Source of the DNA: Eledone cirrhosa
Lineage: Eukaryota
Assembly (NCBI GenBank): GCA_964016885.1
Contig: OZ024749.1
Span: forward strand, 32,550,001 to 32,614,000
Direction: 5' to 3'
Length of the DNA stretch: 64,000 bases
Each line of letters opens with the position of its first letter. Position 1 is the first letter of the stretch. Shown here piece after piece: positions 12,601 to 27,914 of the stretch. The notes beneath the pieces are model-generated. The model saw only the letters and a program-made list of their open reading frames with translations, was not told the origin of the DNA and did no database searches. The position numbers and the translations under genes were made by a program.

Positions 12601-15600
12601 GTTGTGACATTAACAACAGCTCTGAGCTACATGGAACAAGCTGGCTGTTGTGACATTAACAAGAGATCTGAGCTGTATGGAACAAGCTGGCTGTTGTGAC
12701 ATTAACAAGAGATCTGAACTGTATGGAGCAAGCTGGCTGTTGTGACATTAACAAGAGATCTGAGCTGTATGGAACAAGCTGGCTGTTGTGACATTAACAA
12801 CAGGTCTGAGCTACATGAAACAAGCTGGCTGTTGTGACATTAACAACAGGTCTGAGCTGTATGGAACAAGCTGGCTGTTGTGACATTAACAAGAGATCTG
12901 AGCTACATGGAACAAGCTGGCTGTTGTGACATTAACAAGAGATCTGAGCTACATGGAACAAGCTGGCTGTTGTGACATTAACAAGAGATCTGAGCTACAT
13001 GGAACAAGCTGGCTGTTGTGACATTAACAAGAGATCTGAGCTACATGGAACAAGCTGGCTGTTGTGACATTAACAACAGGTCTGAGCTGTATGGAACAAG
13101 CTGGCTGTTGTGACATTAACAAGAGATCTGAGCTGTATGGAACAAGCTGGCTGTTGTGACATTAACAAGAGATCTGAGCTACATGGAACAAGCTGGCTGT
13201 TGTGACATTAACAAGAGATCTGAGCTACATGGAACAAGCTGGCTGTTGTGACATTAACAAGAGATCTGAGCTACATGGAACAAGCTGGCTGTTGTGACAT
13301 TAACAAGAGATCTGAGCTACATGGAACAAGCTGGCTGTTGTGACATTAACAAGAGATCTGAGCTACATGGAACAAGCTGGCTGTTGTGACATTAACAAGA
13401 GATCTGAGCTACATGGAACAAGCTGGCTGTTGTGACATTAACAACAGGTCTGAGCTGTATGGAACAAGCTGGCTGTTGTGACATTAACAAGAGATCTGAG
13501 CTGTATGGAACAAGCTGGCTGTTGTGACATTAACAACAGGTCTGAGCTGTATGGAACAAGCTGGCTGTTGTGACATTAACAAGAGATCTGAGCTGTATGG
13601 AACAAGCTGGCTGTTGTGACATTAACAAGAGATCTGGGCTGTATGGAACAAGCTGGCTGTTGTGACATTAACAAGAGATCTGAGCTGTATGGAACAAGCT
13701 GGCTGTTGTGACATTAACAAGAGATCTGAGCTACATGGAACAAGCTGGCTGTTGTGACATTAACAAGAAATCTGAGCTGTATGGAACAAGCTGGCTGTTG
13801 TGACATTAACAAGAGATCTGAGCTACATGGAACAAGCTGGCTGTTGTGACATTAACAAGAGATCTGAGCTGTATGGAACAAGCTGGCTGTTGTGACATTA
13901 ACAAGAGATCTGAGCTGTATGGAACAAGCTGGCTGTTGTGACATTAACAAGAGATCTGAGCTGTATGGAACAAGATGGCTGTTGTGACATTAACAAGAGA
14001 TCTGAGCTACATGGAACAAGCTGGCTGTTGTGACATTAACAAGAGATCTGAGCTGTATGGAACAAGCTGGCTGTTGTGACATTAACAAGAGATCTGAGCT
14101 GTATGGAACAAGCTGGCTGTTGTGACATTAACAACAGGTCTGAGCTACATGGAACAAGCTGGCTGTTGTGACATTAACAACAGGTCTGAGCTACATGGAA
14201 CAAGCTGGCTGTTGTGACATTAACAAGAGATCTGAGCTGTATGGAACAAGCTGGCTGTTGTGACATTAACAACAGGTCTGAGCTACATGGAACAAGCTGG
14301 CTGTTGTGACATTAACAACAGGTCTGAGCTACATGGAACAAGCTGGCTGTTGTGACATTAACAAGAGATCTGAGCTGTATGGAACAAGCTGGCTGTTGTG
14401 ACATTAACAAGAGATCTGAGCTGTATGGAACAAGCTGGCTGTTGTGACATTAACAAGAGATCTGAGCTGTATGGAACAAGCTGGCTGTTGTGACATTAAC
14501 AACAGGTCTGAGCTACATGGAACAAGCTGGCTGTTGTGACATTAACAACAGGTCTGAGCTGTATGGAACAAGCTGGCTGTTGTGACATTAACAAGAGATC
14601 TGAGCTGTATGAAACAAGCTGGCTGTTGTGACATTAACAAGAGATCTGAGCTGTATGGAACAAGCTGGCTGTTGTGACATTAACAACAGGTCTGAGCTGT
14701 ATGGAACAAGCTGGCTGTTGTGACATTAACAAGAGATCTGAGCTGTATGGAACAAGCTGGCTGTTGTGACATTAACAACAGGTCTGAGCTGTATGGAACA
14801 AGCTGGCTGTTGTGACATTAACAACAGGTCTGAGCTGTATGGAACAAGCTGGCTGTTGTGACATTAACAAGAGATCTGAGCTGTATGGAACAAGCTGGCT
14901 GTTGTGACATTAACAAGAGATCTGAGCTACATGGAACAAGCTGGCTGTTGTGACATTAACAAGAGATCTGAGCTACATGGAACAAGCTGGCTGTTGTGAC
15001 ATTAACAACAGGTCTGAGCTGTATGGAACAAGCTGGCTGTTGTGACATTAACAAGAGATCTGAGCTGTATGGAACAAGCTGGCTGTTGTGACATTAACAA
15101 GAGATCTGAGCTGTATGGAACAAGCTGGCTGTTGTGACATTAACAAGAGGTCTGAGCTGTATGGAACAAGCTGGCTGTTGTGACATTAACAACAGGTCTG
15201 AGCTGTATGGAACAAGCTGGCTGTTGTGACATTAACAAGAGATCTGAGCTGTATGGAACAAGCTGGCTGTTGTGACATTAACAACAGGTCTGAGTTGTAT
15301 GGAACAAGCTGGCTGTTGTGACATTAACAAGAGATCTGAGCTGTATGGAACAAGCTGGCTGTTGTGACATTAACAACAGGTCTGAGCTGTATGGAACAAG
15401 CTGGCTGTTGTGACATTAACAACAGGTCTGAGCTGTATGGAACAAGCTGGCTGTTGTGACATTAACAAGAGATCTGAGCTGTATGGAACAAGCTGGCTGT
15501 TGTGACATTAACAAGAGATCTGAGCTGTATGGAACAAGCTGGCTGTTGTGACATTAACAAGAGATCTGAGCTACATGGAACAAGCTGGCTGTTGTGACAT

Positions 15601-16515
15601 TAACAAGAGATCTGAGCTACATGGAACAAGCTGGCTGTTGTGACATTAACAAGAGATCTGAGCTGTATGGAACAAGCTGGCTGTTGTGACATTAACAAGA
15701 GATCTGAGCTGTATGGAACAAGCTGGCTGTTGTGACATTAACAACAGGTCTGAGCTACATGGAACAAGCTGGCTGTTGTGACATTAACAACAGGTCTGAG
15801 CTGTATGGAACAAGCTGGCTGTTGTGACATTAACAAGAGATCTGAGCTGTATGAAACAAGCTGGCTGTTGTGACATTAACAAGAGATCTGAGCTGTATGG
15901 AACAAGCTGGCTGTTGTGACATTAACAACAGGTCTGAGCTGTATGGAACAAGCTGGCTGTTGTGACATTAACAACAGGTCTGAGCTGTATGGAACAAGCT
16001 GGCTGTTGTGACATTAACAATAGGTCTGAGCTGTATGGAACAAGCTGGCTGTTGTGACATTAACAAGAGATCTGAGCTGTATGGAACAAGCTGGCTGTTG
16101 TGACATTAACAAGAGATCTGAGCTACATGGAACAAGCTGGCTGTTGTGACATTAACAAGAGATCTGAGCTACATGGAACAAGCTGGCTGTTGTGACATTA
16201 ACAACAGGTCTGAGCTGTATGGAACAAGCTGGCTGTTGTGACATTAACAAGAGATCTGAGCTGTATGGAACAAGCTGGCTGTTGTGACATTAACAAGAGA
16301 TCTGAGCTGTATGGAACAAGCTGGCTGTTGTGACATTAACAACAGGTCTGAGCTACATGGAACAAGCTGGCTGTTGTGACATTAACAACAGGTCTGAGCT
16401 GTATGGAACAAGCTGGCTGTTGTGACATTAACAAGAGATCTGAGCTGTATGGAACAAGCTGGCTGTTGTGACATTAACAACAGGTCTGAGCTGTATGGAA
16501 CAAGCTGGTTGTTAT
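6628..16515. repeat. 46-bp minisatellite array, about 215 copies
   Basis: Unit ACATTAACAAGAGATCTGAGCTGTATGGAACAAGCTGGCTGTTGTG with recurrent GAGA/CAGG and GT/AC variants. Confidence 0.98.
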
Positions 16516-18581
16516 AACCAGTCTGCACATGTCACAATTCCACGAACAGTTAATCACATAACAATGAAAAATATCGTAAAAGCAAAGACACTCCGGTTTG
16601 CCTTCGTTCGTCAGTAGAAAATAAAGATATAACCTTGAAATATCCTGAAACATATAGGCTAAAAATATTATTTTGTTTTGTCATTCTTATTTCACTCTAC
16701 TCTAGTTCCACAGTTATATTTTCTATTCACAGTGTACCGGTTTTCCCAATACTTTCTTTATCAAATAACTCACAATGATTTATATAAACTATATATATAT
16801 ATATATGAGTGTGTGTGTGCATTATGTTATGATAAGTTTGCATACGGACACAGACACAAACACACGCATAAACAGAGAAGAATTCATTCGCTCTCTAAAC
16901 AATCCCAATGTATAAATATTTAGCTCTAACAAGAGGAAAGCATGGGAAGACTTGAAAGCATTAGAAATAGTTTCGTTGTTTTTAACCTTCTTGTGAACTC
17001 TTTGTTATTTCTACTTATTATAACTGCTTTGCATCTGTAGCAGTACACAAGTGTTTATTTAGGAACATACCTGTTGCTTTGCCTTCTCATATTTTAATAT
17101 AAGAAATCTGATGCCAGCTCGAAAATAATGGTCGTATTTATTGGCGTTTTTGAAGTAATGAGCGGCAGAGGATTGGCAGTATCTGTAGAGAAGAAGAAAA
17201 ATAAATTTATAGCTCACATCTATGTAGGTTAAGTTGAAGGTTTCTTCGCTGTTTTTAATTATAGGGAACAAAGTTTATTTTAAGGAAATTTTAGAACTTC
17301 TCAAATAACTAATATATTAGGCTGGTGCCACGATTCTGTGTGTGATCTTTTCTGGATCTGAAAAGCATTGGTACATTTGTAATGACTATTTTAAACATTT
17401 TATGAATATTTTAAGTCTTTTCACCATCATTTACCATGTGAGCGAATATAGTATTTTATACTTAATATAAACTTAGCGCATAAAAATAGATTTAAAACTA
17501 CACAAGCAAGTGTCAATTGCATGTTAAAATATTCACTGGTATGGTTCCTTGTTCCACCATGAAAAGCAATATTAAATGGAGTGTCTTGATTCAGAACAAA
17601 ACGCTCTGCCCGGTTCGAGAATCAAACTCATAACACTCGCCTTTACAATATCAGTAGAGCCGTCGGGTAAATTAATACCTTGAGGTGATTTTTAGTTATG
17701 TCCCTTTTACATTTTGGGTTCAAACCTCGTTCAATATTTGTCAACATTTGTTTTCCCTACTTCAAATATTGTTGTTGTTTTTGTTGTTGTTGTTGTTTAG
17801 CCCCAGGTCATTCCTGATCCAGCAGTCATCTTATTACGCTTTTTTTTCGATACTAAACTGCCAGTAACTGCCTCTGGTCCTAGGATACCAAACCACCCGA
17901 ACTGCCCCTGGTCCTGCAATACCAAATTGTTTGTTTTAAAGTATGTATCTAAAAATGTTTCATAATTTTATGTAAGAAACGTTGTTAAGTTATGTTCCAA
18001 ACACCAACTTAATAATAAGAAACTTAGTTATATTACTAAAGCCTTCAAGATCTTGGTTATTTTCAGGCAATATCTTTCATTAGAAATCTGGAAACAAAAG
18101 GGTTAAAGGCGTTTGTAACCAGTCCGTCTTGTGACAATGAATATAATTTTACTTTATTTAGTGTGTCCTACATTCTTTTATTCTCTTACTGACTTTAGAC
18201 TGTAGCTTAAGACATGAAAGGAAAATATAATTTTTAATAGAATTAATGTTAAATTTAGTTTCAGTCGTACACAATTTTACCACAAAAATAGCAAACATCA
18301 ATAACATCAATAATAAAAACATTTAGATAACCTTTTAGATATCTAATACTTCCCATTCCATTCATGTCATAGAAATCGATAATTTATGGTACGAAAGTAT
18401 TTCCAGTTGATAATACAGTTTCCGAAGATGATATCGGGATAAATGAAACTAAATCAAAAGAACAATTTAATCGGTATCAACAATCCTTTAGAAAAACAGG
18501 AAAAACCTTTGGACACAATTTTATCAAAAATAAGTATAGCTTTTGAAAAATAAAATTCCAAACACTCTCGGTGCTTTGTAA

Positions 18582-19334
<753 letters not shown>

Positions 19335-20003
19335 AAGAAGAAGAAGAAGAAGGAGGAAGAAGAAGGAGGAGGAAGGGGAGGTGGAAACTTGATCAGCGGC
19401 AACGAAATTAGACATACGATAAGAGTAGTCAACATTAATTACCATGTTATAATGTTTAATTAAAGAAGGTAGTTATGATGCAGTAAATACCGAAACACCA
19501 AAGTTACCTTTAGGTATAATTATTTAAATAAAACCATATATCTTGTATCTAAATAAGAAAGTTGGTTCAGCGTTCTTTTGGAAAGATAAGAGACATTCCT
19601 CGAGGCTCAAATTTCACAAGTCCTTGGTGACTTCGATCCATATGTATAGGTGCGAAAGCTGATATCTTATAGCCGACATGAAACTAAGGATTCTGATGTG
19701 CAATCACGTGCTTCAGCAGGCTCTCCCGCACGTCCCCACGTTTCCCGTATACAGAACACAAGACAAACAGTTTTGTCAGGAGGTAAATCAGGAAATATAC
19801 TAGCAGGCAGAAACCATTCCTTGCAACAGTAAAAACACTTTAGTGTAATTGTCAACTTTTATTAAATTTTAAATATATACATAAATAACATTACAATTTG
19901 CTCACAATTCTTTTCGAATGAATATATATATATATATATATATAGTAATAATAATAATATATATATATAACTGGACATTTGGAAACTCTACTTCGAAGAA
20001 TCG

Positions 20004-20100
20004 AGACGTATCTGAGGATCTTGCGATTTCAGAGTCAGGTTTGATCACTGCATCGATCGTGCCTCGAGCTGGTCGCCAGAGAAACGATTGTAATATGTCT
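20004..20100 (+). ncRNA. Type I hammerhead ribozyme motif with long stem II
   Basis: AGACGTAT CTGAGGA TCTTGCGA...TCGCCAGA GAAA CGATTG TA ATATGTCT. 8-bp stem I including G-U, putative GUA site; partial relative at 24641-24710. Confidence 0.7.
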
Positions 20101-20246
20101 AATAAATTTTATTCGTCGCACCACTCATTCTCCGTTTCTTATGTGATATTATACTCTGCTCTGTAAGAGCATCGAGTGCTCAAACGGCCTACGGCATACG
20201 GACGCTTTAAGCATCATACCAATTATATATATATATATATATATAT

Positions 20247-20434
20247 GAACAAGTAGGACCCCGACGGCTGAGCTCAAGCCGTTTCGACGGCTAATTCCGT
20301 CCAGAATTAGCCGTCGAAACGGCTTGAGCTCAGCCGTCGGGGTCCTACTTGTTCCTATTACCCACTCTACTACCCTAAGTATTGAGTACTTTGGTGCGTT
20401 ATGGTCCATCTGGTTCCTTACCACATTTCCTTCG

Positions 20435-20436
<2 letters not shown>
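20247..20436 (+). mobile_element. TA-embedded palindromic PLE-like element, family A (inverted repeat 20247-20354 plus tail)
   Basis: Near-perfect inverted repeat containing GAAA CGGC TTGAGCTCA GCCG TC GGGG (hammerhead 3' half); (TA)n on both sides; copies at 23891 and 41389, fragments at about 835-883 and 24492-24530. Confidence 0.75.
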
Positions 20437-20528
<92 letters not shown>

Positions 20529-20619
20529 ATGTATGTATGCATGAATGTATCCATACAGTAAGCCAATGTCACTAACTGTTAAACTGATAAATAACTGATA
20601 AATATGCTGGGTCCGTCAA

Positions 20620-20749
20620 CTCCTGTCCCTTTACGATCTGAGTTCAAATCCCGCCGAGGTTAACTTTGCCTTTCATCTTTACGGGGTCGATAAAATAAAG
20701 TACCAGTAATGTCCTGGATAATTGCTGGCCTTGTGCCAAAAGTAGAAAC

Positions 20750-20752
<3 letters not shown>
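20620..20752 (+). mobile_element. 5'-truncated tRNA-SINE
   Basis: B-box through the tail agtagaaacaatt. Confidence 0.8.
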
Positions 20753-20780
<28 letters not shown>

Positions 20781-21346
20781 CGTATATATACTTACACATA
20801 CACACGAGTTGCTGGCCAAATAATTTTTTGATTTCAATGGGTTAAAGACATGTAAAATCAATTAGTGGTCAGTTCTTCAGTCTAAAGTCCATATGAAGAA
20901 TGAGTCAAATAATGTTTGTACAAATTGAAAACATGTATGTATACATATCTATATATCTATATATACACATGTATATGTATACACATACACACACTCCCAG
21001 ATATATATATTGAGTAAATGTTGAAAGACCAAAGGTCATTATTGAAAGCCTCTGAATGTGTATACTTTTTATTGTAGAATGTAAGACAGTACACTATACA
21101 TTCACAATTATTTAAAAATCAATTATAACATTGTATTAACATTTACTATTACTGTATACTGCCAGTAATTTTTTTCCCGCAAAAATTTGATTGCACTGTT
21201 TTATTTTCAGTTATGTATTTTTTGAAAATGTTATTTATTCATTATAAAAATTAAACGATAGCATTCTATATGTGGGTGGGTCCTCTTTATTTCCTGGCAA
21301 CCAATATTTTAAGACCCAGTCCGCCACTGTATATAGATATAGATAT

Positions 21347-21531
21347 ATTTGTTTCTACTTTAGGCACAAGGCCAGCAATTACCCAGTTCATTACTGGTAC
21401 TTTATTTTATCGACCCCGTAAGGATGAAAGGCAAAGTCAACCTCGGCGGGATTTGAACTCAGATCGTAAAGGGACGTAACTATGCTGGAAAGCATGGCGT
21501 CCGACCCTCTACCGATACTGCCGATCCAACC
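21347..21531 (-). mobile_element. tRNA-SINE copy
   Basis: Matches family consensus. Confidence 0.85.
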
Positions 21532-22100
21532 TGTTCCAGCCATCCGTCTGAGGCCATGCTGGGATACCGTCCTTGTTGCTGCACGTTATAAATCCAGCCC
21601 ACGTTGACTGGCCATTGATGTAGGAAGGAGTTCGTTGCTGCTACCCTTAGGTTACCTTCGTTCTGTGCTGTAGGTTCATCTAGGATCTTGGATAGCAGAG
21701 TGTCAAGATGTTTCTTGAAAACATCCACGTCCACACCATTCACATCTCTCAATTTTCTTGGCAGCTTATCAAAGAAGTGAGGGTCTTTGAACCCAAGGCT
21801 ATTGCAATATCTGCTCCTTATTTTAGATGTGAAAGACAGGTCCTTTGGCACCTCATAGTGATGTCCTGTTCGAGGGTTGGTCCAGCTCTCAATGTCAAAG
21901 TTCGGTAATAGTCTCTTCGGGATCTTCCAGATGTATACCACTGCGTATCTCTCCCGCCTTCGTTCCAAGGAGTAGAGTTTTAGTTCTTTTAGCCTCTCCC
22001 AGTAGCTCATCTCCTTCATCGTGGCAATCCTCTTGGTGTAGCTTCGTTGAATTGCTTCAAGCTCCGTCGGTAAATTGACAGTATAGGGTGACCATAGTTG
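21532..22100 (-). pseudogene. 3' fragment of CR1/L2-group LINE ORF2
   Basis: ORF 21480-22139 reads WSPY...LEAIQRSYTKRIATMKEMSYWERLKELKLYSLERRRERY...IWKI...FKKHLDTLL, the typical post-RT C-terminal region; no RT core present. Confidence 0.85.
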
Positions 22101-22295
22101 GAGTAATAGTTCAGTCGGCTTAGGAAAAATGTCCTCCATAGTACCAACACGGTTTATCTCTGTCTCTCTCTCTCTCTCTCTCCCTCTCTCTCTCGCTCTC
22201 TCTCTCTCTCTCCCGTCTATCTCTGTCTGTATATATACTAGATGAGAGCGACGTCATTTTCTCTCTCTTTCTGTCACACACACACTCTCTCTCTC

Positions 22296-22353
<58 letters not shown>

Positions 22354-22538
22354 CAAATGACATCTCTTTCGCTTGGCGCTCCCCCTCTCTCTATAGATGA
22401 GGGCAAAGTCATAACTTTCTGTCTACCTCATTCTCTCACCTCGAAAACACACGGCGTTCCTTTTTCTCTCTCTATCTATGTACATATGTCTCACTTGGCG
22501 TTCCTCCTCTCTATATATAAAGTGAGCTTGACGGACGG

Positions 22539-23098
22539 ACAAATCCCGCCGAGGTTGACTTTGCCTTTCATCCTTACGAGGTCGATAAAATAAAGTACCA
22601 GTAATGTACTGAGTGGTTGCTGGCCTTGTGCCAAAAGTAGAAACAATTATCACTCATTAGAGTTGATTGGCAGTATCGGTAGAGGGTCGAACGCCATGCT
22701 TTGCAGAATAGAGTTACGGCCCTTTATGATCTGAGTTCAAATCTCGCCGAGGTTAACTTTGCCTTTCATCCTTACGGGGTCGATAAAATAAAGCATCAGT
22801 AATGCACTGGGGGTTGATTTAATAGACTTACCCTTCCCCAAAAATTGTTGGCCTTGTGCTTAAGTAATAAATCATTACAGGGCGGTGGATTGGCAGTATC
22901 GGTAGAGCATCAGACAATATGCTTTATGGCATAGAGTTACGGTTCTTTGCATTCTGAGATCAAATCCTGCTGATGTTAGCTTTGCCTTTCATCGTTATGA
23001 GGTTGATAAAATAAAGTACCAGTCACACACTGGGGTCGATTTAATCGACTTTCCCCTCCCCCGAAATTGCCGGCCTCGTGCCTATAGAAGAAACCATT
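22539..23098 (+). mobile_element. Three tandem tRNA-SINE copies (first truncated)
   Basis: Heads at about 22665 and 22880; B-boxes and tails visible. Confidence 0.85.
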
Positions 23099-23890
23099 AT
23101 CACTCATTATTAGAGTGTAGTGATAGGGTCCACTCTCGAGAGTGAAGTGCTTTCAATCCAGCGCAGAATAAAGTGTTAGTGACTGATGAACAAAGACGAC
23201 AGCCAATCATTAAGTCTGTTATTCTCTCCTGCGATAGATTTTAAAAGTACCCACTCGAATATTCCTTGCAACAATCGCATGCTCTCATAGATAAACCTCA
23301 AAATATTATGGCGGTAGTCATTTTAACACGTTGCTTTCTTTACTTACTTACCGTTTTATAATACATATATAAGCAGAGACAGCATTCTAGATATTCAACT
23401 TCTTACTTAGATTCTGTTCCACTGTATTAAACAAACAGGCTGGCATTAATTCAAGCGTTATTAGCTCCAAATGCACGTCCAACTAAACATTCCCGGCCTC
23501 GCTGCAGCTGCAATATTTTCTTAATTCGTTCATATTACCTAGGCAACAGCTTACTGTTCATATTAAAACCAGATGCACATACACGCACACACATAAATAC
23601 ACACACACATAAATACACACACACATAAATACACGCACACATACTTATGGACAACACTGACGGTGTGTGTTCTAATTTTGATCAATGGAACAGGCGAATT
23701 TATGAAATTAACCTACAAGTGGCTGAGTATTCCAGGTACAGGCAGGTGTATCTTAAAGTAGTTCTTAGGGAGATTCAAGGTGACACAGATGTTGACAAGA
23801 GAAGCCCTTTTTAATTACAGGTACATCTTATTTTTGCCGGCTGAGTGGACCTGAGCTACGTGAAATACAGTATATATATATATATATATA

Positions 23891-24098
23891 TAGGAACCAG
23901 TAAGACCCCGACAGCTGAGCTCAAGCCGTTTCGACGGCTAATTCTTCGACGGCTAATTCTGAGTCCAGAATTAGCCGTCGAAACGGCTTGAGCTCAGCTG
24001 TCGGGGTCTTACTGGTTCCTATTACCCACTCTACTACCTCAAGTATTGAGTACTTTGGTGCGTTATGGTCCACCTGGTTCCTTACCACATTTCCTTCG

Positions 24099-24100
<2 letters not shown>
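23891..24100 (+). mobile_element. Family A palindromic element copy
   Basis: Inverted repeat 23891-24021 plus the same tail as 20355-20436; (TA)n flanks. Confidence 0.75.
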
Positions 24101-24172
<72 letters not shown>

Positions 24173-24383
24173 TGGTATTTTAACGATAGTTATAGCTCTG
24201 ATTTATCTGAATTATTGAGCCCTCTGCCACTCATGTCGGATTTGTTTATCGTTAATTCGTGAGCTGATTTTCCGATACTCGATTATTCTATTATATATAT
24301 ATATATATATATATATCTGTGTATATATACATATCATATGTATATATATATGCGTACATACATGTAGACACACACACACACCT

Positions 24384-24492
<109 letters not shown>

Positions 24493-24527
24493 ACGGCTTG
24501 AGCTCTGCTGTCGGGGTTAAACTTTTT

Positions 24528-24597
<70 letters not shown>

Positions 24598-24709
24598 TAT
24601 ATATATATATATATATAATTGATGTTGGATGCTTAAAGCATTGGAGCTGGTTGCCAGAGAAACGATTGTAATATGTCCAATACATTCCATTCGTCGCAAC
24701 GCTGATTCT

Positions 24710-24780
<71 letters not shown>

Positions 24781-24781
<1 letters not shown>

Positions 24782-25074
24782 GATATTAAATAAATGGAAA
24801 CTATATTTATAAAACCATATTTATTTCATTATATATATTTCAGGGATATCATATTAACAATATGTTATGCCTTCCTCAGACAAAATACAATATAGACAGT
24901 TTCATATTGTTAATATGATATCCCTGAAATATATATAATGAAATAAATATGGTTTTATAAATATAGTTTCCATTTATTTAATATCGTAAATATACTCCAA
25001 ATACTTGTTGAGTGCTTTTATATCAGTTATAAATATTTACTAGTTGTAACCCAACAATTTAAATATAACTTTCC

Positions 25075-25078
<4 letters not shown>
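24781..25078. mobile_element. TA-embedded inverted-repeat element, family C, with minus-strand hammerhead at 24822-24887
   Basis: Arms 24781-24864 and 24903-24986. Minus strand TATTTTGT CTGAGGA AGG...CCT GAAA TATATA TA ATGAAATA; tail follows the right arm. Confidence 0.7.
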
Positions 25079-25121
<43 letters not shown>

Positions 25122-25132
25122 ATATATATATC

Positions 25133-25314
25133 TAATATAGAAATGGCTTCTCCGGAACTAGAACTGTTTCATTCGGGAGAAATCATCTTTCCTGATGATT
25201 TCCGAATGAAACAGTTCTAGTCCTGTAGAATCCATTTCTATATTAAATATTTATACTCGGCTATGTATTGAGTACCTTACTTACTGTGGTTAACCCCCGA
25301 TTGAACCCGCGATA

Positions 25315-25318
<4 letters not shown>
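25133..25318 (+). mobile_element. TA-embedded palindromic element, family B, with hammerhead at 25189-25230
   Basis: TTC CTGATGA TTTCCGAAT GAAA CAG TTCTAGTC CTG TA GAA; diverged copy of 41825-42026. Confidence 0.7.
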
Positions 25319-25366
<48 letters not shown>

Positions 25367-25759
25367 TACACGTTAATGTGTGCGTTTATGTGTATGAGTG
25401 TATGTATGTGTGAAAGAGATACCGAGAGAGAAAGAGTGTGTGTATATAAGTGTATGTATGTATGTGTGTGAATTCATATAATCTACGTATACTTTATGAT
25501 GCTACTTCAATCTATAAACTATATATTTACTGTAAATATTAGAGTCATTGCTTTCCATCTCCAAAACAAACATATGTAGAGAAACCATTCTTTAACCCTT
25601 TTAATAAACGATACAATTGATAATGGCTTCATAAACTATTGATGAATCGTATTTTACTCCCGGCGGCCATATTGAAATACTAAATATTGCCCTAACAAAA
25701 TATCAATATTTATTTCTTCCATGACTTTATAAAACATTGTTAATCCCCGTTTGTTGGTT

Positions 25760-26964
25760 GATTGTTGTGGTTGTTGTTGTTGTGGTGGTGGTGGTGGTGG
25801 TGTTGTTGTTGTTGTTGTTGTGGTTGTTGGTTGTTGTAGTTGTTGTTGTTGTGGTTGTTGGTTGTTGTAGTTGTTGTTGTAGTGTTGCTGTTGTTGCGGT
25901 GGTGATGGTGTCGTTGTTGTGGTGGTGGTGGTGTTGTTGTTGTTGTTGGTTGTTGTGGTTGTTGTTGTTGTTGTTGTGGTGGTGGTGTTGTTGTTGTTGT
26001 TGTTGTGGTTGTTGGTTGTTGTAGTTGTTGTTGTTGTTGTTGTGGTTGTTGGTTGTTGTAGTTGTTGTTGTTGTTGTGGTTGTTGTAGTTGTTGTTGTAG
26101 TGTTGCTGTTGTTGCGGTGGTGATGGTGTCGTTGCTGTGGTGGTGGTGGTGTTGTTGTTGTTGTTGGTTGTTGTAGTTGTTGTTGATGTTGTAGTGTTGC
26201 TGTGGTGATGTTGTTGTTGTGGCTGTTGGTTGTTGTAGCTGTTGTTGTTGTTGTTGTGCTGCTGTTGTTGTAGTTGTTGTTGTTGTTGTGGTTGTTGTAG
26301 CTGTTGTTGCGGTGGTGATGGTGTCGTTGTTGTGGTGGTGGTGGTTGTTGGTTGTTGGTTGTTGTAGCTGTTGTTGTTGTTGTTGTGTTGCTGTTGTTGC
26401 GGTGGTGATGGTGTCGTTGTTGTGGTGGTGGTGTTGTTGTTGTGGTTGTTGGTTGTTGTAGCTGTTGTTGTTGTTGTTGTTGTGTTGCTGTTGTTGCGGT
26501 GGTGATGTTGTTGTTGTGGCTGTTGGTTGTTGTAGCTGTTGTTGTTGTTGTTGTGCTGCTGTTGTTGTAGTTGTTGTTGTTGTTGTGGTTGTTGTAGCTG
26601 TTGTTGTGTTGCTGTTGTTGCGGTGGTGATGGTGTCGTTGTTGTTGTGGTGGTGATGTTGTTGTTGTGGCTGTTGGTTGTTGTAGCTGTTGTTGTTGTTG
26701 TTGTGTTGCTGTTGTTGCGGTGGTGATGGTGCCGTTGTTGTGGTGGAGGTGGTGGTGTTGTTGTGGCTGTTTGTTTGTTGTAGCTGTTGTTGTTGTTGTT
26801 GTGTTGCTGTTGTTGGGTGGTGATGGTGTCGTTGTTGTTGTGGTGGTGTTGTTGTGGTTGTTGGTTGTTGTAGTTGTTGTTGTTGTTGTTGTGTTGCTGT
26901 TGTTGCGGTGGTGATGGTGTCGTTGTTGTTGTGGTGGTGTTGTTGTGGTTGTTGGTTGTTGTAG

Positions 26965-27001
<37 letters not shown>

Positions 27002-27498
27002 AGTGTTGCTGTTGTTGCGGTGGTGATGGTGTCGTTGTGGTGGTGTTGTTGTGGTTGTTAGCTGTTGTAGTGTTGTTGTTGTTGGTGTTGTTGTGGTGGA
27101 GGTGGTGGTGTTGTTGTGGTTGTTAGCTGTTGTAGTGTTGTTGTTGTTGTTGGTGTTGTTGTTGTGGAGGTGGTGGTGTTGTTGTGGTTGTTAGCTGTTG
27201 TAGTTGTTGTTGTAGTGTTGTTGTTGTTGTTGTGGTGGTGGTGGTGGTCGTGTCGTTGTTGTTGTGGTGGTCGTGTCATTGTTGTTGTTGTAGTGTTTCT
27301 GTTGTAGTGGTGGTGGTGGTGGTGTTGTTGTTGTAGTTGTTGTGGCGATGGTGGGGGTGTCGTTGGTGATGGTGGTGGTGTTAGTGGTTGTGGTGGCGGT
27401 GGTGATGGTGATGGTGGTGGTTGTGTTAATAGTGGCAGTGTTAGTGATAGTGGTGGTGGTCGTCGTGATGGTGGTGATGGTGGTGGTGGTGGTGATGG
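25760..27498. repeat. Compound GTT/GGT low-complexity tract with internal longer-period duplications
   Basis: Directly visible; recurring gttgcggtggtgatggtgtcgttg motif. Confidence 0.9.
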
Positions 27499-27582
27499 CT
27501 ATGGTAGTTTAGTTCTAGGTTTCAACAGAAATATGTTAAAATGGCGATCTATCTGTAGCCATCCAGTTTCTGTTTTATCAGG

Positions 27583-27629
27583 TGACATTATCTGCTGCAC
27601 TCTTCCTGTTTTGAAAGACGACAGAGTTT

Positions 27630-27660
<31 letters not shown>

Positions 27661-27764
27661 GGAGGGGGCGCTACATATTTTGTCAATGGGTTTATCAATC
27701 TCTTTTTGTCGAACCGCTATGTAACGGAACGTAATTACAAATACAAACATAAACATGAACATGG

Positions 27765-27795
<31 letters not shown>

Positions 27796-27857
27796 TATAC
27801 TGTATATATATCCCTCAAACTCTCACACTTACATCCACGCATACACACACACACACA

Positions 27858-27914
<57 letters not shown>

